Part shown: positions 1 to 8,237 of the stretch, one piece after another
Layout of the letters: each line of letters starts with the position of its first letter
How positions within the stretch are numbered: position 1 is the first letter of the stretch
DNA from: an uncultured Nitrososphaeraceae archaeon
GTDB lineage: Archaea > Thermoproteota > Nitrososphaeria > Nitrososphaerales > Nitrososphaeraceae
Length of the DNA: 14,337 nucleotides
NCBI GenBank assembly: GCA_963765895.1
Contig: CAVXZB010000082.1
Location: 1 to 14,337 of the forward strand
Direction: 5' to 3'
Position numbers and translations under genes: made by a program
The notes under the pieces: model-generated
The model's database searches: none
Seen by the model: the letters and a program-made list of their open reading frames with translations, nothing else
Told to the model about the DNA's origin: nothing

Positions 1-13
1 GCTTATTCTTATC

Positions 14-53
14 CATAATGTTCAATTAAATTATGCCCTATATTATATATAAA
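14..53 (-). promoter_or_regulatory. Putative archaeal TATA box and start of a gene running off the left edge
   Basis: Minus-strand TTTATATA (53-46) lies about 30 nt before an ATG at 16-14 (MDKNK...). Too little sequence to call a product. Confidence 0.3.
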
Positions 54-149
54 TTCAAACTATGTAAACAAGATTCTGGGTTCCAATCTTGTCAAATCAA
101 GATACTCGATTAGCTGAACCATGTTTTATTAAAATGACATTATATCCCA

Positions 150-640
150 TTATTGCCATTCTAAATTTCTGATCATATCGATTAGTGTCGAATGATTACA
201 TTCTACCTCGGTAGTTATATACAGGAGATGGTTTTCTCCTAATGGCATAGTTATTCGTTTAACCTTTTCGTATTCAGCCAAGACATACTTCCCCTTGCCA
301 ATCTTTGAGGAAAGTTGGCTGGTATCTTCCAACTCTTGACAGCTAATTCGAGTGAATTTCTGCTTTCTTCTGGAGTGAGCAAATTCTTTGTTCCTTGCCT
401 ATGACCAGAATACATTATCTCGCCATCAAGATCGCATACTGTAATTAATCTAACTTGTGGATCGTTCATTATTTTTTCATAGAGATGTTTATAATCAAGC
501 CAAGTGTGATGACTCATCTTTTTCTGATGACCCCTTACTTTACACTCTTCAGTACAAAAGAAATTTCCGCAGCATGAACACTCTATCGCATAGTCCTGTG
601 ATTTCTTACCACACACAACACATGTTGCGCTCATGTCCAT
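150..640 (-). pseudogene. Zn-finger (HIT/MYND-like) + DUF6659/roadblock-like protein split by one frameshift
   Basis: ORFs 251..640 and 150..332 join if one base is added near 321-323 (TGG AAG ATA C[G]C AGC CAA CTT = WKIRSQLSSKIGKGKYVLAEYEKVKRITMPL). N-terminus is CVVC-x10-CSCC-x4-CTEEC-x3-H. The body (DYKHLYEKIMNDPQVRLITVCDLDGEIMYSGHRQG...) resembles thaumarchaeal DUF6659 proteins. May be intact if the indel is a read error. Confidence 0.7.
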
Positions 641-711
641 GTAATTAATATAGGAATAAGTACCGATAAAAACTTGACAAATTTCAACAGTTTAATCGCC
701 ATAATAGATAG

Positions 712-728
712 TTGGTGAAGTTCACCAA
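712..728. promoter_or_regulatory. Palindrome TTGGTGAA-G-TTCACCAA, candidate transcription factor site
   Basis: Perfect 8-bp inverted repeat with a 1-nt spacer, about 70-90 nt upstream of the minus-strand Zn-finger gene. Confidence 0.35.
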
Positions 729-987
729 GCAAAAGATTGAAGGCGTTATAAAATGAAGTGTTTGAAGGTGCCAATAAGTTTCCAACCAGGTTATAATGTT
801 ACCTTTTTTGTCCCCAATCGTAATAGTAATTGCAAGTTTTCAGTGTTTCCGACTCGATCCAATTAGAGCTAAAATAGTCATATTTGCAAAAATAAACGAT
901 GATATGAAATTCGTGATAACGAGGACCTAACTTGGAGTTCCTGTATTAGAGTATGACGAATTCCGAAAAAGAAAAGATTCTAGAGTG

Positions 988-1005
988 CAAATCCCGCCCA
1001 GCCCA
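988..1005 (+). other. tRNA 3'-end fragment (T-loop/T-stem/acceptor strand), candidate att site
   Basis: CAAATCCCGCCCAGCCCA fits the 3' end of archaeal tRNAs that begin GGGCTGG. No 5' half, D arm or anticodon arm lies upstream, so it is not a complete tRNA. Confidence 0.55.
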
Positions 1006-1111
1006 CTACATACTACTTGGGGAAGAAGTGCTATCTTGGTTTGGATAGGATCCTGTCATGGTATAATCATATGTAGGGAGCACTTGTAGTCAAATCATGA
1101 ACAATGCAAAA

Positions 1112-1161
1112 ATGCATGCATTTACTAATCTTGTAATATTAATAATGATTTTGATAAAGCC
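1112..1161 (+). mobile_element. Orphan, diverged right end of an IS related to the element at 4869-5816
   Basis: Ungapped alignment to 5767-5816 gives 39/50 identities, including an exact 17-mer ACTAATCTTGTAATATT. It ends on AGCC at the same position as the IS end. Confidence 0.8.
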
Positions 1162-1213
1162 TCCATAATGACAAAAGTAAATAGCACGTAAGTAAGGAAG
1201 TATTACTATCAAA

Positions 1214-1366
1214 TCACTTCAAATCTCGACGACGTACCTGCTTATAATTTGTGTGTCTATTAACGTCGTACTGGTATTGCCAGCATATTGTTTTAGTGCC
1301 CCGGATATTTGGATCTTCGACCCACCCAGGCTGTCGTCTTAAGGTAGGCTGCGCCTGCGCTTGCAT
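1214..1366 (-). CDS. Possible 50-aa small protein (MQAQAQPTLRRQPGWVEDPNIRGTKTICWQYQYDVNRHTNYKQVRRRDLK)
   Basis: ATG..TGA ORF too short for the supplied track. It covers a locally GC-richer patch and is divergent from the HTH gene. No recognised domain. Confidence 0.25.
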   Translation of the reverse strand: MQAQAQPTLRRQPGWVEDPNIRGTKTICWQYQYDVNRHTNYKQVRRRDLK

Positions 1367-1417
1367 TTAATCTAGATCTCATAGCTGAAGAAATATGTAT
1401 TCTGGTTCACATATGCC

Positions 1418-1490
1418 ATTTGACGCATTTGACAAGGCTATTTGACGGCGTATTTGACCTATTTGACTGCTTATTTGACACGTCTAAATA
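1418..1490 (+). repeat. Array of six ATTTGAC direct repeats plus an imperfect inverted copy (iteron/operator-like)
   Basis: ATTTGAC starts at 1418, 1427, 1440, 1452, 1461 and 1473 (mean spacing 11 nt). GTCTAAATA follows at 1482-1490, then a TATA box. Confidence 0.85.
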
Positions 1491-1497
1491 AAAGACA

Positions 1498-1505
1498 TTT
1501 TATAT
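1498..1505 (+). promoter_or_regulatory. TATA box of the HTH/coiled-coil gene
   Basis: TTTTATAT at 1498-1505, about 40 nt upstream of ATG 1543. Confidence 0.5.
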
Positions 1506-1542
1506 ATTGTAAGTGTATTTTCTTATGTAACGGATATTAATT

Positions 1543-2852
1543 ATGCCAGCAGCTATTTCTGGAACAATAAAACCGAAAGTAATAAGTCAATGGCTTCTAG
1601 GCCTTCGCAGAGACATTATAGCACAGGACAACAACCTTAGTGCAGGAGCAGTTAGCAACATTATTAATAATTGGAGTATTGCTCTTGGAAAACCTGAAGC
1701 TGATGCACTCCGGGAGTTAGCAAAAGTATTGAATTCTGCTGGTCTTACTCCGGCTCAATTTGCCATTGGCTTTCGAACTATGACATTGCTATGCGAGCAG
1801 AACAGAACATAGATGCAGATGCGGTGCACAATTGATAGGAGATATATACAAAAAATGTAAAGAATTTGAAATTACATCAAGTAAATTTGCTATATCTATA
1901 AAAGAACTTATCAAAGTCTCAAATGATCATCACATTCAATTACATAAAATTGAAGAGTACCATAGACGAAAAGATAACCAAAAAGAAAGAATTGGAGAAT
2001 GAACTTGAAGATTTAAAGAGTGAGATTTCGGCTCTCAAGAATCAAAAGTCAGAAATTGAAAATGCCCGAGACTTGGCCTTGCAGCAAAAGAAAATGGCAG
2101 ATGTAGAGATCAAGTCATATACTAATGCAAAGCAAGTATTGGATAGACAGAACATATCTATCAACGAAGATCTTCCCAAACTTGCCAACGCAATTAATCG
2201 GATGGAAGAATATGAATACCATCCCAAGAGGCTAATTGCAGAACTTGATATCCAGCATGCAGATGGCAAAAAACGAGCGCTAGAGATAGCTACAGAAGAA
2301 CTGGAAGAGCGTATGCGAACCTGCGTCAGCAAGAATCTTTGTTGCAAGATAAAATCTATATACACTCGGAAAATCTACCTGTGTAGAACCAACTTGCAGA
2401 TATGGGATTCGGTTCAAGCCAGCTGAAAACGTTGCTTGATAAGGTCATAGATATTACAATCTCAAATGGCATAAACTATTGCTTGGCAGTAAATAAATTC
2501 ATGAATGACGTAGAGACTCAGTATAATACTAAACTAGGGTTTGAACTCCAGATAGAAGAACTTAAATCAGAAATTCAGGAGCTCGGAAAGGAACGAGAAA
2601 AGGAATTGCAGAGAGTAGAAGTCCAGCCCTAATGTAGGACCAGTAATCACTGGACTATTACAACGAGGTTTAACTGAATATGATATCTTAAAGGTTGCAA
2701 ATAGATGCCATAATGAAATATCAAATCGAACTTCATATGTAGAAGTTCTGAGAAAGGGGATTATAAATTTTCTACAGAGTATCATGATGATTTGCGTGGA
2801 GAATGCGAGTCTGTATGCGCGTAGTAAAAAACAACTAGGAATGATAAATTAA
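1543..2852 (+). pseudogene. N-terminal HTH + long coiled-coil protein (~430 aa), multiply disrupted
   Basis: MPAAIS..KVISQWLLGLRRDIIAQDNNLSAGAVSNIINNW is HTH-like and is followed by E/K/L-rich heptads. The frame can be rebuilt across a 5-nt CAGAA duplication (~1798-1807), indels near 1823, 1961, 2316 and 2630, and an in-frame TAG (~2384). The last segment is open from 2631 to TAA 2850-2852. Confidence 0.75.
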
Positions 2853-3057
2853 CTGAGACTCTGCAAGACGCAGCATCATTGTGAGAATTGAATGGATGGA
2901 CTGAATAAATAAAATTGTAGGTATTGTTACTAATAGTATCAAAAATAAATCCATGGGTAATCGAATCATGGATTCAAATCCCAAAAATAAAACAACAAGA
3001 AAGTCAGTTATGATACAATATCCTTTATCAACTTTGCAATAAACTGCCTCCCGTATT

Positions 3058-3257
3058 CTATTGAAAGATTTAGATAATATTAGGATGATTTAGTTCAGAT
3101 AGTATCTGAGTTTCTCTTTCGAAGCGTTGTTTACTTATTAGATTTATGTTGAGCTGCTTTAGTGCATAGCTCTTGTTAGTCTGCTCTTTATCCACTATTT
3201 CATATATATGCTTCCAAACGCACTAGAACTAATTTTTTGTTTAATTGTGTATTTCAA
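3058..3257 (-). pseudogene. Remnant N-lobe of a Hanks-type Ser/Thr protein kinase
   Basis: Translates as LKYTIKQKISSSAFGSIY/EIVDKEQTNKSYALKQLNINLISKQRFERETQILSELNHPNII*IFQ*. It shows a degenerate Gly-loop, the AxK lysine, the helix-C RFERE and LNHPNII. There is a 2-nt slip in an (AT)n run near 3203-3209 and a TAA at 3072-3070. No C-lobe is seen. Confidence 0.8.
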
Positions 3258-3918
3258 TTGAATTTGACTAGTCTACCATCATTTAATGGATAACATTGCT
3301 AATATGGTATGTAGATTATGATACGATAGACATTTTATAAGAAGCCATTTCGTCTACTGGTTTAGCTACACATTACTTAGTAATCATCATATAAAGACAT
3401 TATGTATACAAATCATCAATATACTTTCTGAAAATGTAAGTTTTATTTACTAAGGCGCGCAGAGCTACATAGATAATGTTAAAGATAGAACAGAATTATT
3501 GCAGTGGTTTTGAGCTTAAACTAGAGATATTGGCTACCTGGTTTATACACATCTAGGAAAAATATTCGTTGAAAATCCTTCCAAAAATTACATGATAATA
3601 AGACGCTGAAAAGGGAAATCTCTTGAACTTGTAAGATCCTTATTGGGGCTCTATCCGTGCAAATACAAATACTCAAGTAAATATTGTCAATTATATAATT
3701 AAAGATAAAATTAGTTTTTAATTTGCAAATTTCAGCAGTATACAGCAGACAGTCTTTAATTCTTGAGGCTTATAGGCCAAAGTTTTTCTTAGATCTCCTT
3801 TAATTTTAGTCTGACTCTTTATTGATTACCGAAGGTACCATATGCCAACTGTCTCGTGGCAGATGTAATTCCCATGCTTGGTGGTAACTACTTAAATCAG
3901 ATATGATGAATATAGATT

Positions 3919-4635
3919 ATGAGGATGACAAACGAACAAAATAATTATATATATAACATAGAAAACCAGCGTTTTAACATAGATAAATTTGTAATATACT
4001 TGAATAATCTATTAGCAACAGAAAATGTAGCAGAAAAAAGGCTACAATCACGAATACAAAGTACACTTTTAGCTGAAGTCAGACAAATACTAGAATATCA
4101 TTTAGAAGAAACAAGGAAACAACAAGATAGACTTAGGTATTTAATAACAAAGTTTGGGGGAACACCAACCAATGAAAAAGCACAGCTGCTTGGTTTGACT
4201 GCTCCATCCCTTATTCAAAAAGAGTTACAAAAGGTAATGACTGTTGCAGAAGTCGAGTTAAAGGAAATAGAGCAAGATGCAATATTAGAAAATGCTGAAA
4301 TAATTGCTTATAATTTGTTACTACAGACTACAATAAAAATGAGTAGTGATGATAACGTTAAGGAAGCAATACCAATCCTTAGACAAAATCTTGAGGAGGA
4401 AGAAAAAATGAATAGGTGGCTTCAGGCTAAATTGCCTATAATATTTGCCAAATTGTGGCCAGAAATAGTATCACCTTCGTCAATGACAGCAGAACAAGCC
4501 GAAATAATTGACAATATTAAACAGACATTTACATGCGAAATTTGTGATGATGCTTTTTTTGATTCTCCTAAGGACTTGAAGCAGCATATTATCACAATTC
4601 ATAACCAAGATACAGTTAATCAAACGGCCAGGTAA
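3919..4635 (+). CDS. DUF892/YciF-type ferritin-like protein with C-terminal C2H2 zinc finger
   Basis: Ferritin-like helices LNNLLATEN, LEYHLEETRKQQDRL, ENAEIIAYNLL, LRQNLEEEEKM. The tail FTCEICDDAFFDSPKDLKQHIITIH is C-x2-C-x13-H-x4-H. Intact 238 aa. Confidence 0.85.
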   Translation: MRMTNEQNNYIYNIENQRFNIDKFVIYLNNLLATENVAEKRLQSRIQSTLLAEVRQILEYHLEETRKQQDRLRYLITKFGGTPTNEKAQLLGLTAPSLIQKELQKVMTVAEVELKEIEQDAILENAEIIAYNLLLQTTIKMSSDDNVKEAIPILRQNLEEEEKMNRWLQAKLPIIFAKLWPEIVSPSSMTAEQAEIIDNIKQTFTCEICDDAFFDSPKDLKQHIITIHNQDTVNQTAR

Positions 4636-4868
4636 CAGGTATTATAACATTGGAGCTAATTTTATAGGTGTTGATTCTAAACCCTAATGAAGATCTATTA
4701 GAAAATTTGTCTATCGTAGTTGGAGATGAGCCTGAATATTTTCAGTTCTAGAATTAATCACAATGTACATGAATGTATGAACGATTTGTGATTTTCGCTC
4801 CTTATATCAATTGCTCACTTTTGGGGGTAAGATAATGTACCTATGAAAGCAAGGTATATACTATGAAT

Positions 4869-5816
4869 GGCTGTGTAGAAACCATCTCATACAGTCAAAG
4901 CTTTGTAAGAGTATAATACCAATAGTCTATTGAAAGAATCAATGTACGTCAGACTTGCAGGTACTATGTTCCGTGTTTTGAAGCATGCAAGGATTCCTCT
5001 ATTTTCTAACAGGAAAAGTAATCACATATTTACAATATGGCAGCACATAGTTCTAGTTGCTATACGACAGTATGAAGGTAAGAGTTATAGAATGTTTGTC
5101 GAGTGGTTAATTGAAGCCTATTACCTAAGGTCATTTCTACGGTTGTCACGTATTCCTCATTTTACAACATTGCAAAAGTTTACAGATAGAATTAATAATT
5201 CATTGCTTGAAAAGATAATTTCGTCATTCATTGTAATTAGTGGTACCAAGCATATCTTTGCAGGAATAGATTCAACAGGATTTAAGATAACTCATGCATC
5301 ACAATATTATACTGATAGAACAGAATTGAGAAGAAAATATGCGAAATTATCTATTGGAGTAGATGTATTACAACAAATCATATGTACAATTAAGATAAGA
5401 CGAGCTCCAACAAGGCATGATAATGTAGATTTCAGGCCAATTGTAACAAGGACATCAAATATTCTTCCATTATCCGTAGTTACAGCTGATAAGGGTTACG
5501 ATAGTGAAGATAATCACCTTCTCGTAAGAGAGGACTTACATGCATTCAGTATTATTCCTGCTCGATATGAACATGTACCGATGTGGAGAACACATGGTAA
5601 GTACAGAAAGCAGATGAAGCGTGGTTACTCCAAATTGCTGTACAATCAACGAAACAAAGATGAAACCATAATATCAGTTATAAAACGACTATTTGGAGAG
5701 CATCTTATGTCTAGATTGACTAGAATGCAGAACAGAGAGTTATCATTTAGATGTATCACCTACAATATGCATAGACTGACTAATCTTGTAATATTGATGA
5801 TGTTTTCTACATAGCC
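4869..5816 (+). mobile_element. Complete 948-bp IS5-family insertion sequence (IS903-like ends)
   Basis: Left IR GGCTGTGTAGAAACCATC (4869-4886) and right IR GATGTTTTCTACATAGCC (5799-5816) match at 16/18. The 9-bp direct repeat ACTATGAAT flanks it at 4860-4868 and 5817-5825. Confidence 0.95.
4930..5814 (+). CDS. tnp: IS5-family DDE transposase
   Basis: Motifs IPHFTTLQKF, GIDSTGF (D), ADKGYDSE (D) and YNQRNKDETIISVIK (Y-x2-R-x3-E-x6-K). The stop codon lies inside the right IR. Start is TTG 4930 or ATG 4942. Confidence 0.93.
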   Translation: MKESMYVRLAGTMFRVLKHARIPLFSNRKSNHIFTIWQHIVLVAIRQYEGKSYRMFVEWLIEAYYLRSFLRLSRIPHFTTLQKFTDRINNSLLEKIISSFIVISGTKHIFAGIDSTGFKITHASQYYTDRTELRRKYAKLSIGVDVLQQIICTIKIRRAPTRHDNVDFRPIVTRTSNILPLSVVTADKGYDSEDNHLLVREDLHAFSIIPARYEHVPMWRTHGKYRKQMKRGYSKLLYNQRNKDETIISVIKRLFGEHLMSRLTRMQNRELSFRCITYNMHRLTNLVILMMFST

Positions 5817-6149
5817 ACTATGAATATAAGCCTGAATCATAGAAAATATAATGCGATGTGATGTTTAGCATTTCGTTAGGGAATTTTAATTACTTACTAT
5901 GCTAAGTTCATTCGAACAACCGAACTTGCTTGATATTAACTGTCCCTGACATATCTTCTATATGTATCCAAATAGTGGTAACTGAAACACAAACTGGCCT
6001 TCAATATTCAGTCATCTTTTCAATTGTGCTGTCACTGATTTGACAAAATTTTTTGTATGTAGACATTGCAAATCGTAGTTCTAGTGATTTAAAGGGGATC
6101 AAGATGGTGATAATAAGAAGTAGTAAAAGATGGCATAGAGCAGTAAATC

Positions 6150-6669
6150 TCAGTGATGAATTTCATTTCTCTCACGATAGATTATAAGCATTTCTAACAA
6201 GAAACCTGCGGCCGCTGAGCTTCCAACAATCAGGGCTGTTATTAAAACTGCCCAGATGTCATGTGTAACAAAGATTTCATGATAGAATTCTTCATTAAAA
6301 TTATGAGCGAGAAGAGCAATAAATACAATGCCTGCCACGACTAAACTGCTTAAAATTGTGTTTTGGGTAAAAAAGTTTCATTATTTCTTTTCTCGAGCTC
6401 ACTTGACCAAAAAACATTAGCTGTTTTTCGATTATTGTCAAATCTTGATCATCAAAAATAATACCTGAGATATCTAATGTGGTCTCTTCTTGATTGTCTG
6501 GAGCACCAATCAAAAGTATCTGGAAGTAGGAAAGCGAGTATCAGAAGATATCGATGTATATCTAAGTGAAGGAAAGACAGCGATCAAAAATTCAAAGGTT
6601 TAGCTTATGTATGGACACACGATATCATGTTGCGCCTGTCCAAGATAGCCAGACCAACCTTTCCCCCAT
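6150..6669 (-). pseudogene. Disrupted hypothetical membrane protein with two C-terminal TM helices
   Basis: ORFs 6301..6513 and 6150..6338 join by a 1-nt slip in the A6 run at 6369-6374 (...IMKLF/TQNTILSSLVVAGIVFIALLAHNF...). The 5' end is uncertain: candidate ATG at 6669, TATA at 6713-6706. Confidence 0.45.
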
Positions 6670-6832
6670 AATTTTTTTTTGCTAAAAATATAGCCATTCT
6701 AAAAGTATATAAAGTTAGATAGTGCATCCCTTATAATTTAGCGGAAAATACCTCTACTATCTCCATTAAGGGCAAATTCATGCTCAATTCTAGTCCAAAA
6801 CAGGTGGAGGTGCTTATAATACTGTTTTCAAG

Positions 6833-6880
6833 TATCTCCACTGAGGAACATTATCTCCACTGAGGAACATTACCTCCACT
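6833..6880 (+). repeat. Tandem 19-bp duplication TATCTCCACTGAGGAACAT x2 plus partial third copy
   Basis: Exact copies at 6833-6851 and 6852-6870, then TACCTCCACT at 6871-6880. No spacers. Confidence 0.9.
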
Positions 6881-6894
6881 ATTACCAATGATTT

Positions 6895-7074
6895 ATGGCA
6901 GATGGTGATATCTTGCAACTACGAGTCGAGCCGGCAATATGGGAGCGGGGGCCAAAAGATGCAAGAACAATCTTGTACCACCTCTCGAAAGGTATCATAG
7001 AATTGGAAGTCGTTCGTAATGGACCGCCGGGATCAAAGACAACTACATACTTAATAAATCCATCACTAGACTGA
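6895..7074 (+). CDS. Possible 59-aa hypothetical protein or 3' part of a decayed gene
   Basis: MADGDILQLRVEPAIWERGPKDARTILYHLSKGIIELEVVRNGPPGSKTTTYLINPSLD. It is in frame with ATG 6780 if the 19-bp duplication is removed and TGA 6889 is read through. Confidence 0.3.
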   Translation: MADGDILQLRVEPAIWERGPKDARTILYHLSKGIIELEVVRNGPPGSKTTTYLINPSLD

Positions 7075-7201
7075 GGTAATAGCTGGCATTATTCATCAGT
7101 TTAGCTAGCCGGATTAGGCAGATAGCCAGTTCTACGGCTCCAAGCTCTGCTTCAACTCAGAAATTTAGTCTACGAATAGTTCAAGAAATTTTGTCCCTTG
7201 C

Positions 7202-7678
7202 AAGCCCGGTGAATGCATAATTGAAGCGCAGGTAGAATTACTTTATCCTGAGATCTCTAACCATAATGTACAAGAAGTAACAGATAAGGCGAAGAACTCG
7301 TACAAATAGAGACGTATTTGATTCGAATGAAGAAATTGTCGATGTCGAAAATGGATTGCTAAATATTCATACGCTAGAGCTGAAGGAACATTCATCAGAT
7401 TTTCATTTCGCAAATCAGTTATCCATAAAATATGATCCTAGTATAAAATGTCACAGTACTCTTAGATTTCTAGGACCGGTTTGCGTTCGCAAGATGTCTT
7501 TACTGCAACACAAATATTCGGCTATGCTTTGTTGAAGAGCAGTAAATTTGAAAAGGCGTTTATGTTATTCGGTTCAGACAACAATGGGAAGAGTATATTT
7601 ATTAAATTAATTGAGTCATTTGTAGGTAGGCAGAATACAAGTCAGGTGGCAATTATACTACTTAGAAAACATCAATGA
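7202..7678 (+). pseudogene. Internal fragment of phage/plasmid P4-family (D5-like) primase-SF3 helicase
   Basis: GECIIEAQVELLYPEISNHNVQEVTDK/RRTRTNRDVFDSNEEIVDVENGLLNIHTLELKEHSSDF..IKYDPSIKC (D5_N-like), then LRSQDVFTATQIFGYALLKSSKFEKAFMLFGSDNNGKSIFIKLI (Walker A). Frameshifts near 7288 and 7478. Both ends are missing. Confidence 0.85.
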
Positions 7679-7952
7679 TTACGAACATTCTAAACAATGG
7701 GAATGGGAGAAAAGAGAAATAGTAACAATGTAGATAACAAGATGAGCAAGTGTATTCCTGGAATACACCATGTAAAAGCAGGAACCAGTGATCCACAAAG
7801 AAAGATAGATTTCCATATACGTAGTTTGGGACTTTGATTAGTAGAATTGACAGTAAATAAGATGACCTTGATCAAAAAATTCAAATTTCTTAAAGCTGGC
7901 TGCTCAGTAGGAGAGCAACACTTAACAGCAAGGTTTTAAATATCACTATCCA

Positions 7953-8237
7953 ATGGCAAATGAATTCAAGAATTCAGATGTAATAATTATTGGAGGCGGG
8001 CTTGCAGGTCTTACCACTGCTGCGCTGCTTGCTCGTTCTGGAAAGATAGTAACGTTATTTGAACATTCATCTAGAGAAATTGGCGGTCGTGCAAGGACTG
8101 CAGAAATAGACGGTTTTTACTTTAATCAAGGACCGCACCAAAGCGATAACGCTTACGGCGTGATGGCAATTTTTCAAAATATTTTCTCCTTCAAGACAGA
8201 TAACACCATGTTTTTATCTGGAAATACTTTTTCGTAA
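7953..8237 (+). pseudogene. 5' fragment of FAD-dependent oxidoreductase (phytoene dehydrogenase-like)
   Basis: DVIIIGGGLAGLTTAALLARSGKIVTLFE..IGGRART..DGFYFNQGPH is a Rossmann/FAD motif. Recognisable similarity stops after GPH (~8138), far short of a full enzyme. Confidence 0.85.

Noticed and set aside
930-1005. Complete tRNA, or an integrase C-terminus (EFRKRK) just before the tRNA fragment
   Set aside because: No cloverleaf 5' half. FRKRK is not followed by a stop and no tyrosine-recombinase motifs lie upstream.
1418-1480. ATTTGAC array as a CRISPR array
   Set aside because: Repeats are 7 nt with 2-6 nt gaps, and there are no cas genes in the window.
2957-2985. GGATTCAAATCCC as a second tRNA/att fragment
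   Set aside because: Only a T-loop-like hairpin. No acceptor-stem strand follows, and it shares only CAAATCCC with 988-1005.
3400-3705. Possible decayed + strand gene
   Set aside because: One frame looks vaguely protein-like but has several stops and no recognisable motif.
6833-6880. 19-bp repeat as a mini-CRISPR
   Set aside because: The copies are directly adjacent with no spacer, so this is a simple tandem duplication.
7690-7884. Hydrophobic ORF 7690..7884- and palindrome GTGTATTCC-T-GGAATACAC (7750-7768)
   Set aside because: No family recognised, and the palindrome is single-copy with no clear promoter context.
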